From positions 10,540,001 through 10,604,000 of the forward strand of contig OZ176053.1 of NCBI GenBank assembly GCA_964247055.1: a stretch of DNA of 64,000 bases, in the 5' to 3' direction. Below, in pieces: positions 11,391 through 23,700 of the stretch; within the stretch, counting starts at the first letter, position 1; each line of letters begins with the position of its first letter. Origin of the DNA: Paragordius varius. Lineage: Eukaryota > Animalia > Nematomorpha. The notes under the pieces are model-generated. The model was not told the origin of the DNA, made no database searches, and worked only from the letters and a program-made list of their open reading frames with translations. The position numbers were made by a program, and so were the translations under genes.

Positions 11391-11798
11391 TACCTTGGGC
11401 GAAAAAAGATTCAATAAATTATTTTTGCGGACTTAATTTTTTTAAAAAAATGGCATCGGGAGGAGCGGGTAAAAAGAGGGCCTAATTTATAAATGCAAGT
11501 CGACTATGTTCAGCGCAATCGAAAAAAAGTAAAAAAAATCATATTTGAAATCGAATGGTCCAACACATTTTCCGAATTGTCTCAAAGACACGATTTTTTA
11601 GGAATTCTGTTTTCAAAAAAACCCGTTTTTTACACGGGGTGGGCCCAAACTGGAGGCCTGATTCAAAAAAAGGGCGAAGCTATTGTCGGGGCATTCATTA
11701 ATGATTATATTTTTTCTACATTTGGATTCGAATGGGTCTACCGGTTTTCCGGAAACAAATCACAAAGCCAGCATTTTCCATTTTTATAAATATATACA
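11390..11798 (-). mobile_element. Non-autonomous Helitron, 5' portion (sister copy of 16450-17024)
   Basis: High visual identity to 16612-17024. 5' terminus reads TGTATATATTTATAAAAATGG versus TCTATACATTTATAAAAATGG in the sister copy. No 3' hairpin/CTAG found. Confidence 0.65.
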
Positions 11799-13028
11799 TA
11801 CTATATGATTTATATTAACTTCTATGCATCTAGATAATTTAAGTTTAAAACACATTATTTGATTAAAATCCAATTTATTAAAAAAAAATTACACTACAGT
11901 TCATCAAACTTAAATTTTAACGCATATATATATATATATATAATATATATAATTTATTGTAATTTTGTGTCTAAAATCTTTTTAAAATATATTACAAAAA
12001 AGTTAGCTAATCAATTGTATGAATTGAATGAAAAATGACTAAAAGTTTTATGTTGGTCATTTGCAGCCAAAAAAATTCATTGATCACAATTTACAAATGA
12101 TGTCATGTTTTTTTATTTGTGTCAGAGAATTTATTTATTTTTCAGGAAATTAAATTAGTAATTAAAAATTTCATCATTCTTCTCAAAAAAATAATTAAGA
12201 TTTTGGTAAACATATTTTTTTGATAAAAAAATTGCATTAAAATAAACCTTAAATAATTTAGGCTAGTTAGTAGTTGGATTAATAAATATTTAGTATTAAT
12301 TTAATTAATAAATTATATCTTTTTTGGTTTTGTAATCATTTATTTATTCGTTTTACTGAAAAATCAATTTTTTATTGATTTTTTCCATCGATATTGACTT
12401 GTAATTCCATTCTTAGCACATTGAATTATTTTAAGAAAATATTAATATAAATTACAACTTTTGTATGGGTATTTGCCCAAGCGGAAAATATACCATTTTT
12501 CAGTCAAAGTATATCAATATTAAACGCCGCAAAAACGGTTTTGTAAAAAATGTTCCCAGTTTTTATCCCAAATATCAACATGTGATCTAGAATTTTTTAA
12601 TGCAAGGAAGTGGTTAATAGAAAATTAACCAAAAAGTCATATTTTAAGATCTGACATTTTTAGCCACTCTCATTGGTCGGTATAATTTAGCATATGAGAA
12701 TTAGCTGAAACAATATTTAAAAAAGTGTATTTTTTTATCATTACTTTTTGAGGGATCCTAAAATATTTTTGTTGCAAACGAGAAACGATTTTTGTATTAA
12801 TATATACTTTTTTCTCCTACTCGTGGATGCTGAATTAAATTTAACAGATAACCATGTATTAAGAAAAATGTTGAATGTTGGGTTCGAGTCAATATCCTGG
12901 AAAATATGTAGGCCTTTTTTTTAAATTATCCCCTGGATTTAACCGCGCTCCCGAGAAAAATGACATTTTTTGCAAAAAAATGTCCTTAAAAATAAGTCTT
13001 TTATGCAATTTTTGCCCAAGTCTCATTA

Positions 13029-13290
13029 TATGCCATTTACACCCAAATTCACCCTTGATGAATTCAAATTAACTTGAAACTATTCGAATTCACCATTTGA
13101 ACAATTTTCCCCCTAAAATAAATTGTGTGTAATTGATTATTAAAAATTACCTATTTTATCTATTACAAATCAGGGAATTTTTCTTTATTAACATAATACT
13201 CAAAAAATAAAAAACTTTGCTATAAAGACATATTGTATTAATGATCAGTTATATAGCCTACATAATTTATTTTAAGGGTGAATTTGAATG
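13029..13290. mobile_element. Decayed copy of the 21-bp-arm foldback element
   Basis: tatgccatttacacccaaattcaccc left end and aagggtgaatttgaa right arm match 43142-43543. Confidence 0.6.
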
Positions 13291-13439
13291 ATACTTATAA
13301 TATAAATAACAAAATTTCCGGCGCTTTTTAAGGTAAACTTCTGGGCAGGGTCAAACGCTCTATAAAATGCGTCATCATATAAAAATTTTCGAAAAAAATC
13401 ATTAGATCAGCTTATAAATTCAGTGGTTTTATATCCGGT

Positions 13440-13660
13440 TGGTTGGTTCTTCCTAAATCATAGTCTCTGTTGACTTCCATTTACTCCTATCTTTGCTGCT
13501 ACATTCAAATCTTTGAATGCCATCTTAGTTGCTCTTTTTTCATGTCTTAATGCCACTTCATCTGTGGTCAGCCTTGTTTTTCCTTGCCCCTTTACCTTTC
13601 CAAACATTATGTCTTTTTCTTTAGACAATTGGACCGCATAACATGATCAATTTATGTTTA
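13440..13660 (-). mobile_element. RTE LINE 3'-end fragment (pseudogenised)
   Basis: Minus translation resembles HVMRSN..KDIMFGKVKG, the RTE C-terminal GHIMR..GKVEG motif. Confidence 0.6.
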
Positions 13661-13789
13661 CCTTCTGTCCCTAAAATATTTGTTTTGTGAAGAGTTATTT
13701 TTGTATTTAGCTTTTCACCATCACCATGTATTACCCTTTCAGCCGTAAGAAATTCTTTGTCCCTTTTTTAAAGTCCAGCGCTCACTCCT

Positions 13790-14530
13790 CTTTGACTGAA
13801 AGAACGAAACAATTGTGTAAGCCTGCCTTTATCTACAAACAAGCTTTTGATTTGATAAATCATAATTCTTTGTGGGAACCATTGAAAGGGAAATCGCCGC
13901 ATTTAATAAGATTGATTGGTTTCCTATATGTAATACAAACAGCGATTATTAGAACAACAACGGGTGACACAAATTCCGATCCTTAAAGGGGTTAGACAAG
14001 GGTGTTGCTCATCTCCTTATATGTTCCATATGTGCAAAAAATCATAAGAAAAAGTGTAAAGGATCTTTAGAAATTGATAGATGAAATTCGGTATGAAAGT
14101 TTGAGATGTGGTCTTAAGTTTAATTCTATTTAAAATATTAAACCCCGGGGAAAAGCCTACAATTGTTAGTAATGTGTCGAAAATAGAACTAGCTAATCAA
14201 CTAACATTTTTGAAGACTTTCTGAGAACAGATCTTCAACACCTGACATCATAGAAGGAATACAAATGGGTAGGAACGCTTGACCAAACTGATAAAGATGT
14301 GGAAAAACAAAAGAATAGGAGTTTAAACCAAAACAAGAGTTCTTTCGGACCTTACATATGAGGTTCAGAATTGGACAGATAGGGAATTCATGGATTTTGA
14401 AAGGAACTGTTGGCGTAGGGTTTTAGGCATACATGGGAAAATAGAATTAGTAATAAAAAGATAAACACACAATTTATGCGATTAAAAGCAGCCTTAAATT
14501 ATGTGGCTCTAAAAAAGCAATTTTTCTAAG
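13790..14530 (+). mobile_element. RTE LINE reverse-transcriptase fragment (frameshifts, stops)
   Basis: YKQAFDLINHNSLW, HLIRLIGFLY, KGVRQGCCSSPYMF, and downstream KMWKNKRI..TKTRV and FERNCWRRVLGI. Confidence 0.75.
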
Positions 14531-15208
14531 CGAGACTACATAACTTCAATGTTGGTTTTATCCTAGTTTAAAGTCAATACATTTAGTTTTGCGCTTTTAT
14601 AAAAAGCTGGATATGGCCTCACTCTCTGTCAAATGCGTTTAGCGTTTTGTATTTCCAAAATCGCTGAGACAAAATGGATGTTTTTATGGGTTTGATGTAA
14701 AGCAAAAATTTCAGTTCGTGGTATATAGCTTTCATCTCTTTAAAATGTCTTATCATATAAAGATAACGCGGTTTAAAGTAATTCAGAAAACCCATGCGAC
14801 CATATGTATTCAATAATGATAGCGCTTATTAACACCTAGCCACCCTCTTTAAAATACGTTACCTTTGGAAAATAACTTGGTTTTAAAGAAATCTTTTGGA
14901 GACTATGATATTATCTGGGCAAAAATATTAACCAAACGCTTTACAAAATTGTAAAATACTAATAACAATAATATGGTTTTGATCTTAATGAAACTTATGA
15001 GATTACCTTTTATACCTCAATACTACATTTGATCAAAAAATGACTGAATAATTAATAAATTTATGGACATAATTTATTTAAATTTTTCAAAAAAGTTTGG
15101 TTGATACGGATATTAAACCGTGTTTTTTTCTTAATTGGGATTATTTTGTGGCGAACAGGTTAAATGGCTTTATAATATCCACTTTGTTATATTTTTAAAT
15201 GTAAAAAC

Positions 15209-15499
15209 CAAGCATGTTTAATCTGCTGCCCTCTGAGTCTTTATGTGGGGCCCGCGAAAAATTTGAAAATTCATAGTTTGCAAAAATATACTCATAACAT
15301 TTTAGTTAAATTGATATTTTTTAAACAAATTTTCTAATTAAGTCGATAATTAGCAAAAACTAGAAAAAAAATTGCATTTTATAGTTTTTAATCTAATAAA
15401 TATATTATGAATTATTGCCCACGTATATTTAAAATGCACATCAAAGTTTTTTGAGTTAAAAATGGGGCCCGCGAAGCCATTTGTTTTGGACACCTCTTG
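15209..15499. mobile_element. hAT-derived MITE-like repeat
   Basis: Degenerate CAAG..GTGTCCAA-type ends with subterminal GGGGCCCGCGA motifs; homologous to ~22580-22832. TSD not convincing. Confidence 0.5.
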
Positions 15500-16449
15500 T
15501 AAAGTAGATAATATGAAATAAATTAATTTTTTTAACGTAATGTTTCCCTTATAATTTAGTTTTTGATTGCGGAACAACGAAAAATTTACATTATGATTAA
15601 AATAACTAAACTTTTATCATTTTTAAGTTTCGTCCAATAGAATCTTTTTTATAGCTGAGTCTGAAATTTTCATTAAATATATCGTGTAAAATAGTTTTGT
15701 GAGCAACCGATTTTACAGTTTTCACATGCCAACACTATATTATTTAATTCCAAATCTCAATGTAAAAAAGCGTTTAAAAAATATATTTTTATATGTTTTA
15801 CCTTTGTATTATACCTTCTTATCATTACGTTAAGATGTATTAACGATTTTACAACCACTTAAAGTCAGCCGCCTTGTAAATTTTCGATTTTTTGATCATT
15901 TTTTTAATGAACGGAAGTTATGTGTCTCTATTTTATACCACATAAAATTTTTAATGGATTATAAAGCGATATTACCGATAATCAAGATATAAGACACAAG
16001 AGATCAAGAAAAAAACAATAAATATTATTATATCACATAAAAAATGGTGGCTAAAAAATCTTTTCCCAGTTTTACTAACTAACACATATATACAACTATC
16101 AACCATTATGTTAATTAGGGCATTAAGCATACATATATGTGAAAGTTGCATGGTTTAATAATGATATTATGTTTTGTATTTTTATGACATATTATAAATT
16201 ATTCAAAAGCATTAGTTTAGCTGAACTCAGAATTAAATTTGTCATTAGCAGCCAAAAATGCACAATACGATATTGTGTTGTCTGAAAAAGTGAACTGAAA
16301 ATTTTTAAAGTTGGTAAAAGGTATTTTATTTCATATGTACTTGCTGCTAGATAAAAATTTAGATTTAATTTTAATGATAATTATATTTCGTATGGATTAT
16401 TGAAAATATACTTTTAATTAAATTTATTCTGCAACATTTATATTAAATA

Positions 16450-17024
16450 CTAGGGTAAATCTCGTGCAAGTCCTTCGGACTTCTAGGGGGGGGGGGGGTT
16501 ATTTGAAAAAAGGGACAATAAAATGTTTCACATATATGGATTATTTCGAAACATTATTAATAGCTATGATAGGAATTTTAAAACGGTGCATTCATACTAA
16601 TATATTGTTTACTTGGGGGAAAAATAGATTCAAAAAGTTATTTTTGTGGATTTTGTTTTTTTGAAAAAATGGCATATTACGGGGGGAGCGGGTAAAAAGA
16701 GGCCTAAATTAAAAAAGCGAGCCGACTATGTTCGGCGCACTCGAAAATAAATAAACAAAAATCATATTTGAAATTGAATGGTCCAATACGTTCTCCGGAA
16801 AATTGTCTCAAAGACACGATTTTTGTGGACTTCTGTTTTTAAAACAAACCCGTTTTTTACATGGGGTGGGCCCGAACTGGGGGCCTAATTCAAAAAAGGG
16901 CGAAGCTATTGTCGGGGCATTTATTAATGATTATATTTTTTCGATATTTAGATTTGAATGGGTCCACCGGTTTTCCGGAAACAGATCACAAAGCCAGCAT
17001 TTTCCATTTTTATAAATGTATAGA
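16450..17024 (-). mobile_element. Complete non-autonomous Helitron (575 bp)
   Basis: Minus strand begins A|TCTATACATTTATAAAAATG and ends with hairpin AAGTCC-GAA-GGACTT, 14 nt, then CTAG|T. No TSD, A/T target, as expected for Helitrons. Confidence 0.85.
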
Positions 17025-20000
17025 TTTTATGTGGGGGCATCTTAAAATTTTTTGTTTAACAAAATCGGCATAAATATACTACCGCCCTAATATCTATATA
17101 TATGTTTTTTGATTATTTTTATATTAATATTGTTAAATTTTTTGAAACGGGTAAAATTTATTTTCTTATAGATATCTAACCAAATTTCTTCGAATGTGAT
17201 GTAAACGATTAATATTTAAACAGCTCTTGATGAGTATTGATATTATAGTTATATTTTATCTGCTTAAGCCAGAAAGACGACTTGCTCAAGACTCGCGTTA
17301 GCGATTTTTAGTCATGAAAAAAATCATTATTCTTTCAAAAATTTATTATTTCCCGGTTTTTTACATAAAAATAATTATCGGTAATCATTTTTATGCTTCT
17401 ACCTCCATTTTATTTATTTTCTTCGGAATCGACTAATATTTATGTTCACATTTAAAATAATTTATTACCTAACATATAATTTCATTTATTTGTTTAGTTG
17501 CAACAACCTCTTGGTTTATAAATTTTATATTTGAATTTATGCAAATACAATTTATTGATCGTGTCGCGAAAACCAGTACTCAAAATGTGCAACCTTGCAA
17601 AGTAGTTTTTAACTTTGACCTTCCCCCACACTCTTATAGTTTCATACTTTTTTAAACTGAGTTTAGCTAAAAAATATAGTATTTTAGCCTCTCCTATCAA
17701 ATATACCATACTGGACAGCAAAAAAATGGATTTAGCTAACAACTTTAGTTTATCATAGTTAAGTTTAGTTTTGACTTAGATCACACCACAACTTAATTTA
17801 TATTCCATTAATGATTTTTCCCTTGTGATTTTATCTTTTTTTTTCTTTCTTTGTCACTCTCCCTCTCTCTCTTGCGTTAGTTGTTGAGCCATTTATATAA
17901 GAAATTAGACTGTTGTTATAATCATCTAAAATTTAGTCTTCAATTACTAATTTATTCTAAAAACAATAATATTCATTTAAATTATAACCAGGTAACTCCT
18001 GGAAAATAATAAACTTAGAAATTTTATAAATTAAAACGCTTTATTCCCATAATAATATATTATATTAATTTATGTATTTATTATACAGTAGCATATGACA
18101 TAACAAAAAGTTTGTCCATAATTATTAAAGATACAAAATTACTGTTAAGATATAGGGAAAACTTGTTAAATTTTAACCATTTGTTGTTTCTTACCATACG
18201 CCACTGTAAATTATGAAATATATATTAAGCAAAACTTGGACAAGACCACTCAAGTAAGTAAAAACGATATGGTAGACTTACTATAACAAACTTATTTGTT
18301 TATCTTATACGCATTTTTCCACAAGGTCACATACATAGATGACCACTAAAAACGTAAAAATATTTTAAACAGAGCGTCTCTTTATATAAAATAAAGACCA
18401 TTTAACCTTATTAAGGTAATATAAAATACTTAAAATAAGCTAGCTCTTTTTATTCTTTTATATATGATGTGCTTGCCTTTGACATTTATTTTGAAAAAGG
18501 TTATTGGTTAGATATAGAAAATGATTTAAATTTTTATAAATAGGCAAACAATTTATTTTTTATACTAACGGCGCATTTTATTAACATAAATATAGTGGAA
18601 AAATAAAACAAAAAACTGATTTTAATTGTTTAAAAAGTTTATGACAAGGGTTCCAAAATACCCCTCCCCGCAAATCAGTTTGTGGGATAGTACAATTAAC
18701 TTTAAATAATTATACGCCAATTTTCGGGTCCTGTTTTTTAAGAATTTCACATTGAAAGATGTGATTATAGGGGAGGTATATAGTTTCATTTGAAAAAGTG
18801 GAAAATTTTAAGTTTTAGCGCATGCGCACAGCTATATTAATTGCAAAAATGTAACCAAATTCTTCCAGCCCACTTAAAATATTTTGACTTAAGATATTAC
18901 CATTTTTACATGAAAAACTATAAAATTGATTTTTAATTAGTTATTTTGGTTTAGTGACTATTTCAAAAAAAACGATAACGAAATGTTATGAATTTTTAAC
19001 TGTTAATATAATTAAATGGTCGAGACAGAAAATTCGTGTATCACGTCAAAAAAAATTTAATACCAAAAAATTTAACGAATTAAAAGTTTATTTAATCATT
19101 AAAAAATATCAGTTTCAGAAACGACTAAGCATTTTTTTTAACCCCAATAAAAACATTTTTTATATAAAAATTTGTATATTATATTGTAATTTGAAATTAA
19201 TACTTTGTAATAAACCAATTTTTGCTTTAAATAATTAGCATCAATTAATAATTAAATCGATAAAATTATTATAGAATTTACATAAAATGTAATTAATTTC
19301 CGAATTCATAGAATAAAAATCCAAACAAATTAAATATTATTACCTTAGACCTTTTCACTTATTTGTTCGCGATGCACATTGGTTAGTTTTATATCTTAAA
19401 ACTTCTTGTTAATACAATACTATTTTGAAAGTTATTTTAATTAAAATATAATTATCAAACATTGTTTTCCAGTTTAAAAAAATATTTTATATTTTTTACA
19501 GTTTATTAAACTTCCAGATCCTAAAATTGGGACAGCTCCAAGAATGAAATAAACAGCTGATTTTAAAATCCTATCAATTTTAGTGTAATCTATAAGCTAA
19601 TTAAAGTCATTTACATTTTCCAACTATAATACATTTATTTGCCTATTGTATAAGCGATTTTAAAAAATTTAAGGAAAAAATGGCGCCAAAGTTTGAGATA
19701 GATTTTTTTTACAATTTTGCGTTTTTTTCGGAAAAAATTTTGTACGATGGGACTAAAAGGCTAAAGAAAGTATATTTTAATTCGGCATAACCTTAAAATA
19801 CATTCTATAATCAAATTTGTATTCGCTTTGAGACATAAAACCACCCTAAGAGGTGAGCAAGTGTTAAAAACAAATAATAAATTAATGTCTTACATTTTTG
19901 TTGATTGTTTATATTATTTGGGAAGCCAGGTAGAGCCAATCATTGCAAATTAATTTCCATCATATTTTTGGAAAAAAGATTAGAAGTTAAAAAAAATCAA

Positions 20001-20705
20001 TTACTTTTTGTAACTTGGAGACTTTTTTTCACGCTTATATCTGTTGTTAATGTGTGCACGCTTATGTAGTTGTGTATATGAATATGTTTTGTTAACAAAG
20101 CAAGCAATATGTTTTAACTAAAGGAGACCATACATATATATATTTATGGGATATTTTTGCTTTTGCATTTTAATAAAACTGTAGTAGATGGAGAGTGTGA
20201 GGCGAGAGATAGAGAACGAACGAGGTAACAAGGCGAAAAAAAATCTATTAAGGCTCATGTTTAATTCTTTACTTATTTCTTTCTCTATTTTTCGATATCA
20301 TACCAAATTTATATTTTTTCCTGCCTGCCTGCCTGCCTGTTTGCCTTACAATAAAATGGAATACTAATTTTGGATATACATACAAATATATGTTCATTCC
20401 ATTTTTGTATATTATTTCATTTTTGGAAGCTATAAAAAAGTGTCAACCTTTGTTTTAACCAAACAACAGAAGAATAAAATTGATTTGTTTCTAAAAATCG
20501 TTGTTACATTACAATTTCGTCAAATTTCTATTATTGATTAACATTTTTTGGTTGGTGTTAATATCGATTACTACCACACATATATTGAGCAACCGCCGCG
20601 TGAATTTCATATGGTTGTTATATATAAGCGCTCCTCGATTTACTTTTACCTTTATCGTTTTCTTTGTTGTTTATGTGATTTGCCTTTCTTCATAATACCT
20701 TCATA

Positions 20706-23700
20706 ATGTTGCTGATATACGCTATGAATTCATTTTCTTTGTGCCTTCCATTACAGAGTCTGCTACACAGTTCACATACTAAATTTAACCTTAATGGTTT
20801 TAGTATTGGTGGTGGTAAAAGAAATCAGGTTTTATTTATATTTCGTATTGAAAAAATACATATATATTTTTTATTGTTTTTTCTAATTTTGACGCCACAA
20901 TCAAAAGTTGGAAATGCGCTTTGGCTTTAATTCATAAATTTTATAATATTTAGTGTCATAAAAATGTTGCCTTAAATAGTTATATAGGACGACAACTTAT
21001 CGACTATTCAATCTATAAATTATTATGATTATATTTAAAATGTATTGGTGACCAAATGCCCCAAATTAAAGCTGTCTTGCCTTTATATCAAACATTAATT
21101 ACAATGTCTACCTAGGGTTAAGGCGTGTCTTTTTGGAATCTGAATTTTTAGTTGATCATATTGTTATGCAAAATAAATTTATTTTTTACTTTTGTGTTTT
21201 TTTTAAAAACACGAACAACTTATTTTTTTGTATTGAGAGATATTTAATGCCATTAGATGTAGATCTTTGGTCTCTTGATTTTTATATCAGCATCAATTTG
21301 ATATTATGATAATGGTGTCACTTATAAGTCCTGTATTTACATAATTATATATTATGTATTATTACTGAGTGTTAGAAAAAATGTTGTCCTGATTTATTCC
21401 TATTAATGTGAGACTTTTTTAGATTTATCACGACATCATTAGTTTCTTTGACATTCAACACATCTCTTTCATAATAAGATATCTCTGGACTATAATTACA
21501 TTTTTTTGGGTGGTGTTGTAAAAATTTTTTTTAATGCATATTCACAAAAACAGTTTGCACAATTTGATATCATCTCACCCAATAATGTATTCAGAAGCTA
21601 TTACAATCTAATAATTTTTCATAAATATTAAAATGACACAACATTGTCAAATTGCTCAAAATTTGAATTTTTTAGGAGTTGTATAATTTATTAAGCGTTA
21701 ATTTATTCAAATCCTTTGCTTATATTATCACATTGAGATTTGTAATGTAAACTGTCCTAAACCATTGTGAATGAACTTTCTTTTTATAAAAAGTTTGATG
21801 AATATTGAAAAATGTTTAAAGCTAGTATAAATTTTATTGTTTAATTTAAACGTAATTAAACTTGCTCATATATATTTCAATTTAATTTCCATACGCATTA
21901 AATGACTATATAACCAATAATAAAGCATTGGTAACAATCTTTTGAGTCGTTGTTTAATTTTATTTTACCAAGCATTTTTTAAGTTACAAAATCCATAAAT
22001 TTTGGACGAATTGTATGCATTGAACTCTAGTAGTCTCCCCATCATATATCTTTTATCTTTGTTATGGTCAATGTAAATTCACACTCTCTAAAATTTGTTG
22101 ATTGTTTCATGCAAAAACACATTTTGTTTTTAATTTCAATTTACGTCATAAAAATTGTCTGGTTTTAATGTTTGCAATGGTGTTTACGCAGCATTCTGTT
22201 TAGGTTTATAAACAAACAGGTTAAACTGTGTGTGTTTGTGTTTTTAAAGGCTCCAAAAAATTATTTTATTTTAAAGTACATAACATATCAATTACTATCA
22301 CTAGGTTTTAATTATAATTACCAGCTTCTTTACAAAATAACTTATCATTATTAGTTTAAAAATGTCCATATATGTGGTATGAGTTAAATGTATTGCTTGT
22401 TTTTCATTAAATTTTGCTAAATAGCATCTACAGTGAAGAGAAACTTTATTGACTTAAAGTATTTGTTTGAAAATAAAATATTTTTTTTCTTTTAGTCAAC
22501 AATACTGGCTCTTTATCGTCTGTTAATGCTATATGGCCATATTTATATAAAACTTGAAAAAAATTAATACCATATTTTTTAAGACACGGGTCGCATGTTG
22601 GCCCTCATAGGCTTTGTGTGCGTCCCCCAAAAAATTCAAAATACTATTCGTAAAATCATACTCATAATTAAAATCAACATTTCTTAAACAATTTGGCTAT
22701 TAAATTGGCAAGAACTAGAAAAATTGTTTATGTTTGCATCTTACAGTCTTATATTTGTAATCTAATAAATTATATCTTAATGCTTTTACATATTTCAGCG
22801 GCTAGCGACGCCATTTATGTTGGACACTTCTGCTTTAATACCATTATAATAATTTAATTTCTTAATTTACAGAGTTCATATGAATCCAATTACAGTCAAC
22901 CATCAACAGATTACTCACAAGATGAAGACCGGGAGATGTCCAGGCGAGAGGCTGAAAAACAAGCACTTATTCAATTGGAAAAAGCTAAAGTACTATATAA
23001 TTGCTATCTAATGATTTATTGGTAGGAAAGTGATAAATCAAGTTAAAATTATTTGTAAAGTATTAGGTTTGAATTCATGGTTATCTTTGGCATTATATTT
23101 TATATATATATATAATATATATATATTGTGTTGAGATAGCTTTTGACCAGCGTATTATTTGTCGTAAAATTTTATTTGTTGACTTAGTTTATGAAATATT
23201 GAGAGAAAATCGGAATCAAGGAAAAAATAAAAATTAAGAATAATTTAAAAAATAATGATAAAAGTTGAGATATTATGGTTGATTATCATTTTAGGAGATA
23301 AGCCTATATCACATAAATAGGGTTTCTATAAAATCTCAGTTTAAAAGATGGCGTAACATACTTAAAGTCAAAACATTTATGAAATTAAAATAATTTTTTT
23401 AATTATTTACTAGCTAAACTCACTATTAAAATCATAACATTCATATTTTATTGATTAAAAAAACTTTTATATCAAAATAAAACTAATAAAGTACTGTTTT
23501 TTATTTTTTTGTCATCGGTTTATAAGTGTATAAAAAATTTATACTGTTTTATTATGGAATCTCACATGAATCGGGGTTATAAAGCATATAATTTATGCAA
23601 TATAGGATTTTAAAAGTGGTGGAAAATCAACCAAATATTCGTACATATCCCAGTAAAAATATTAATTTCTGTTAAAGCAAATTAAAATTTTTGCGGCAAA

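Noticed and set aside
11493-17073. Near-identical short ORFs at 11493-11789, 16803-17015 and 16861-17073 as a duplicated gene
   Set aside because: They lie antisense in Helitron copies, differ by frameshifts and have no protein motifs.
18200-18262. Alternative first exon of CaV beta (strong GTAAGT donor)
   Set aside because: The ATG-containing frame ends in phase 2 and the phase-0 frame has no ATG, so it does not join the downstream phase-0 exons; could still be a UTR exon.
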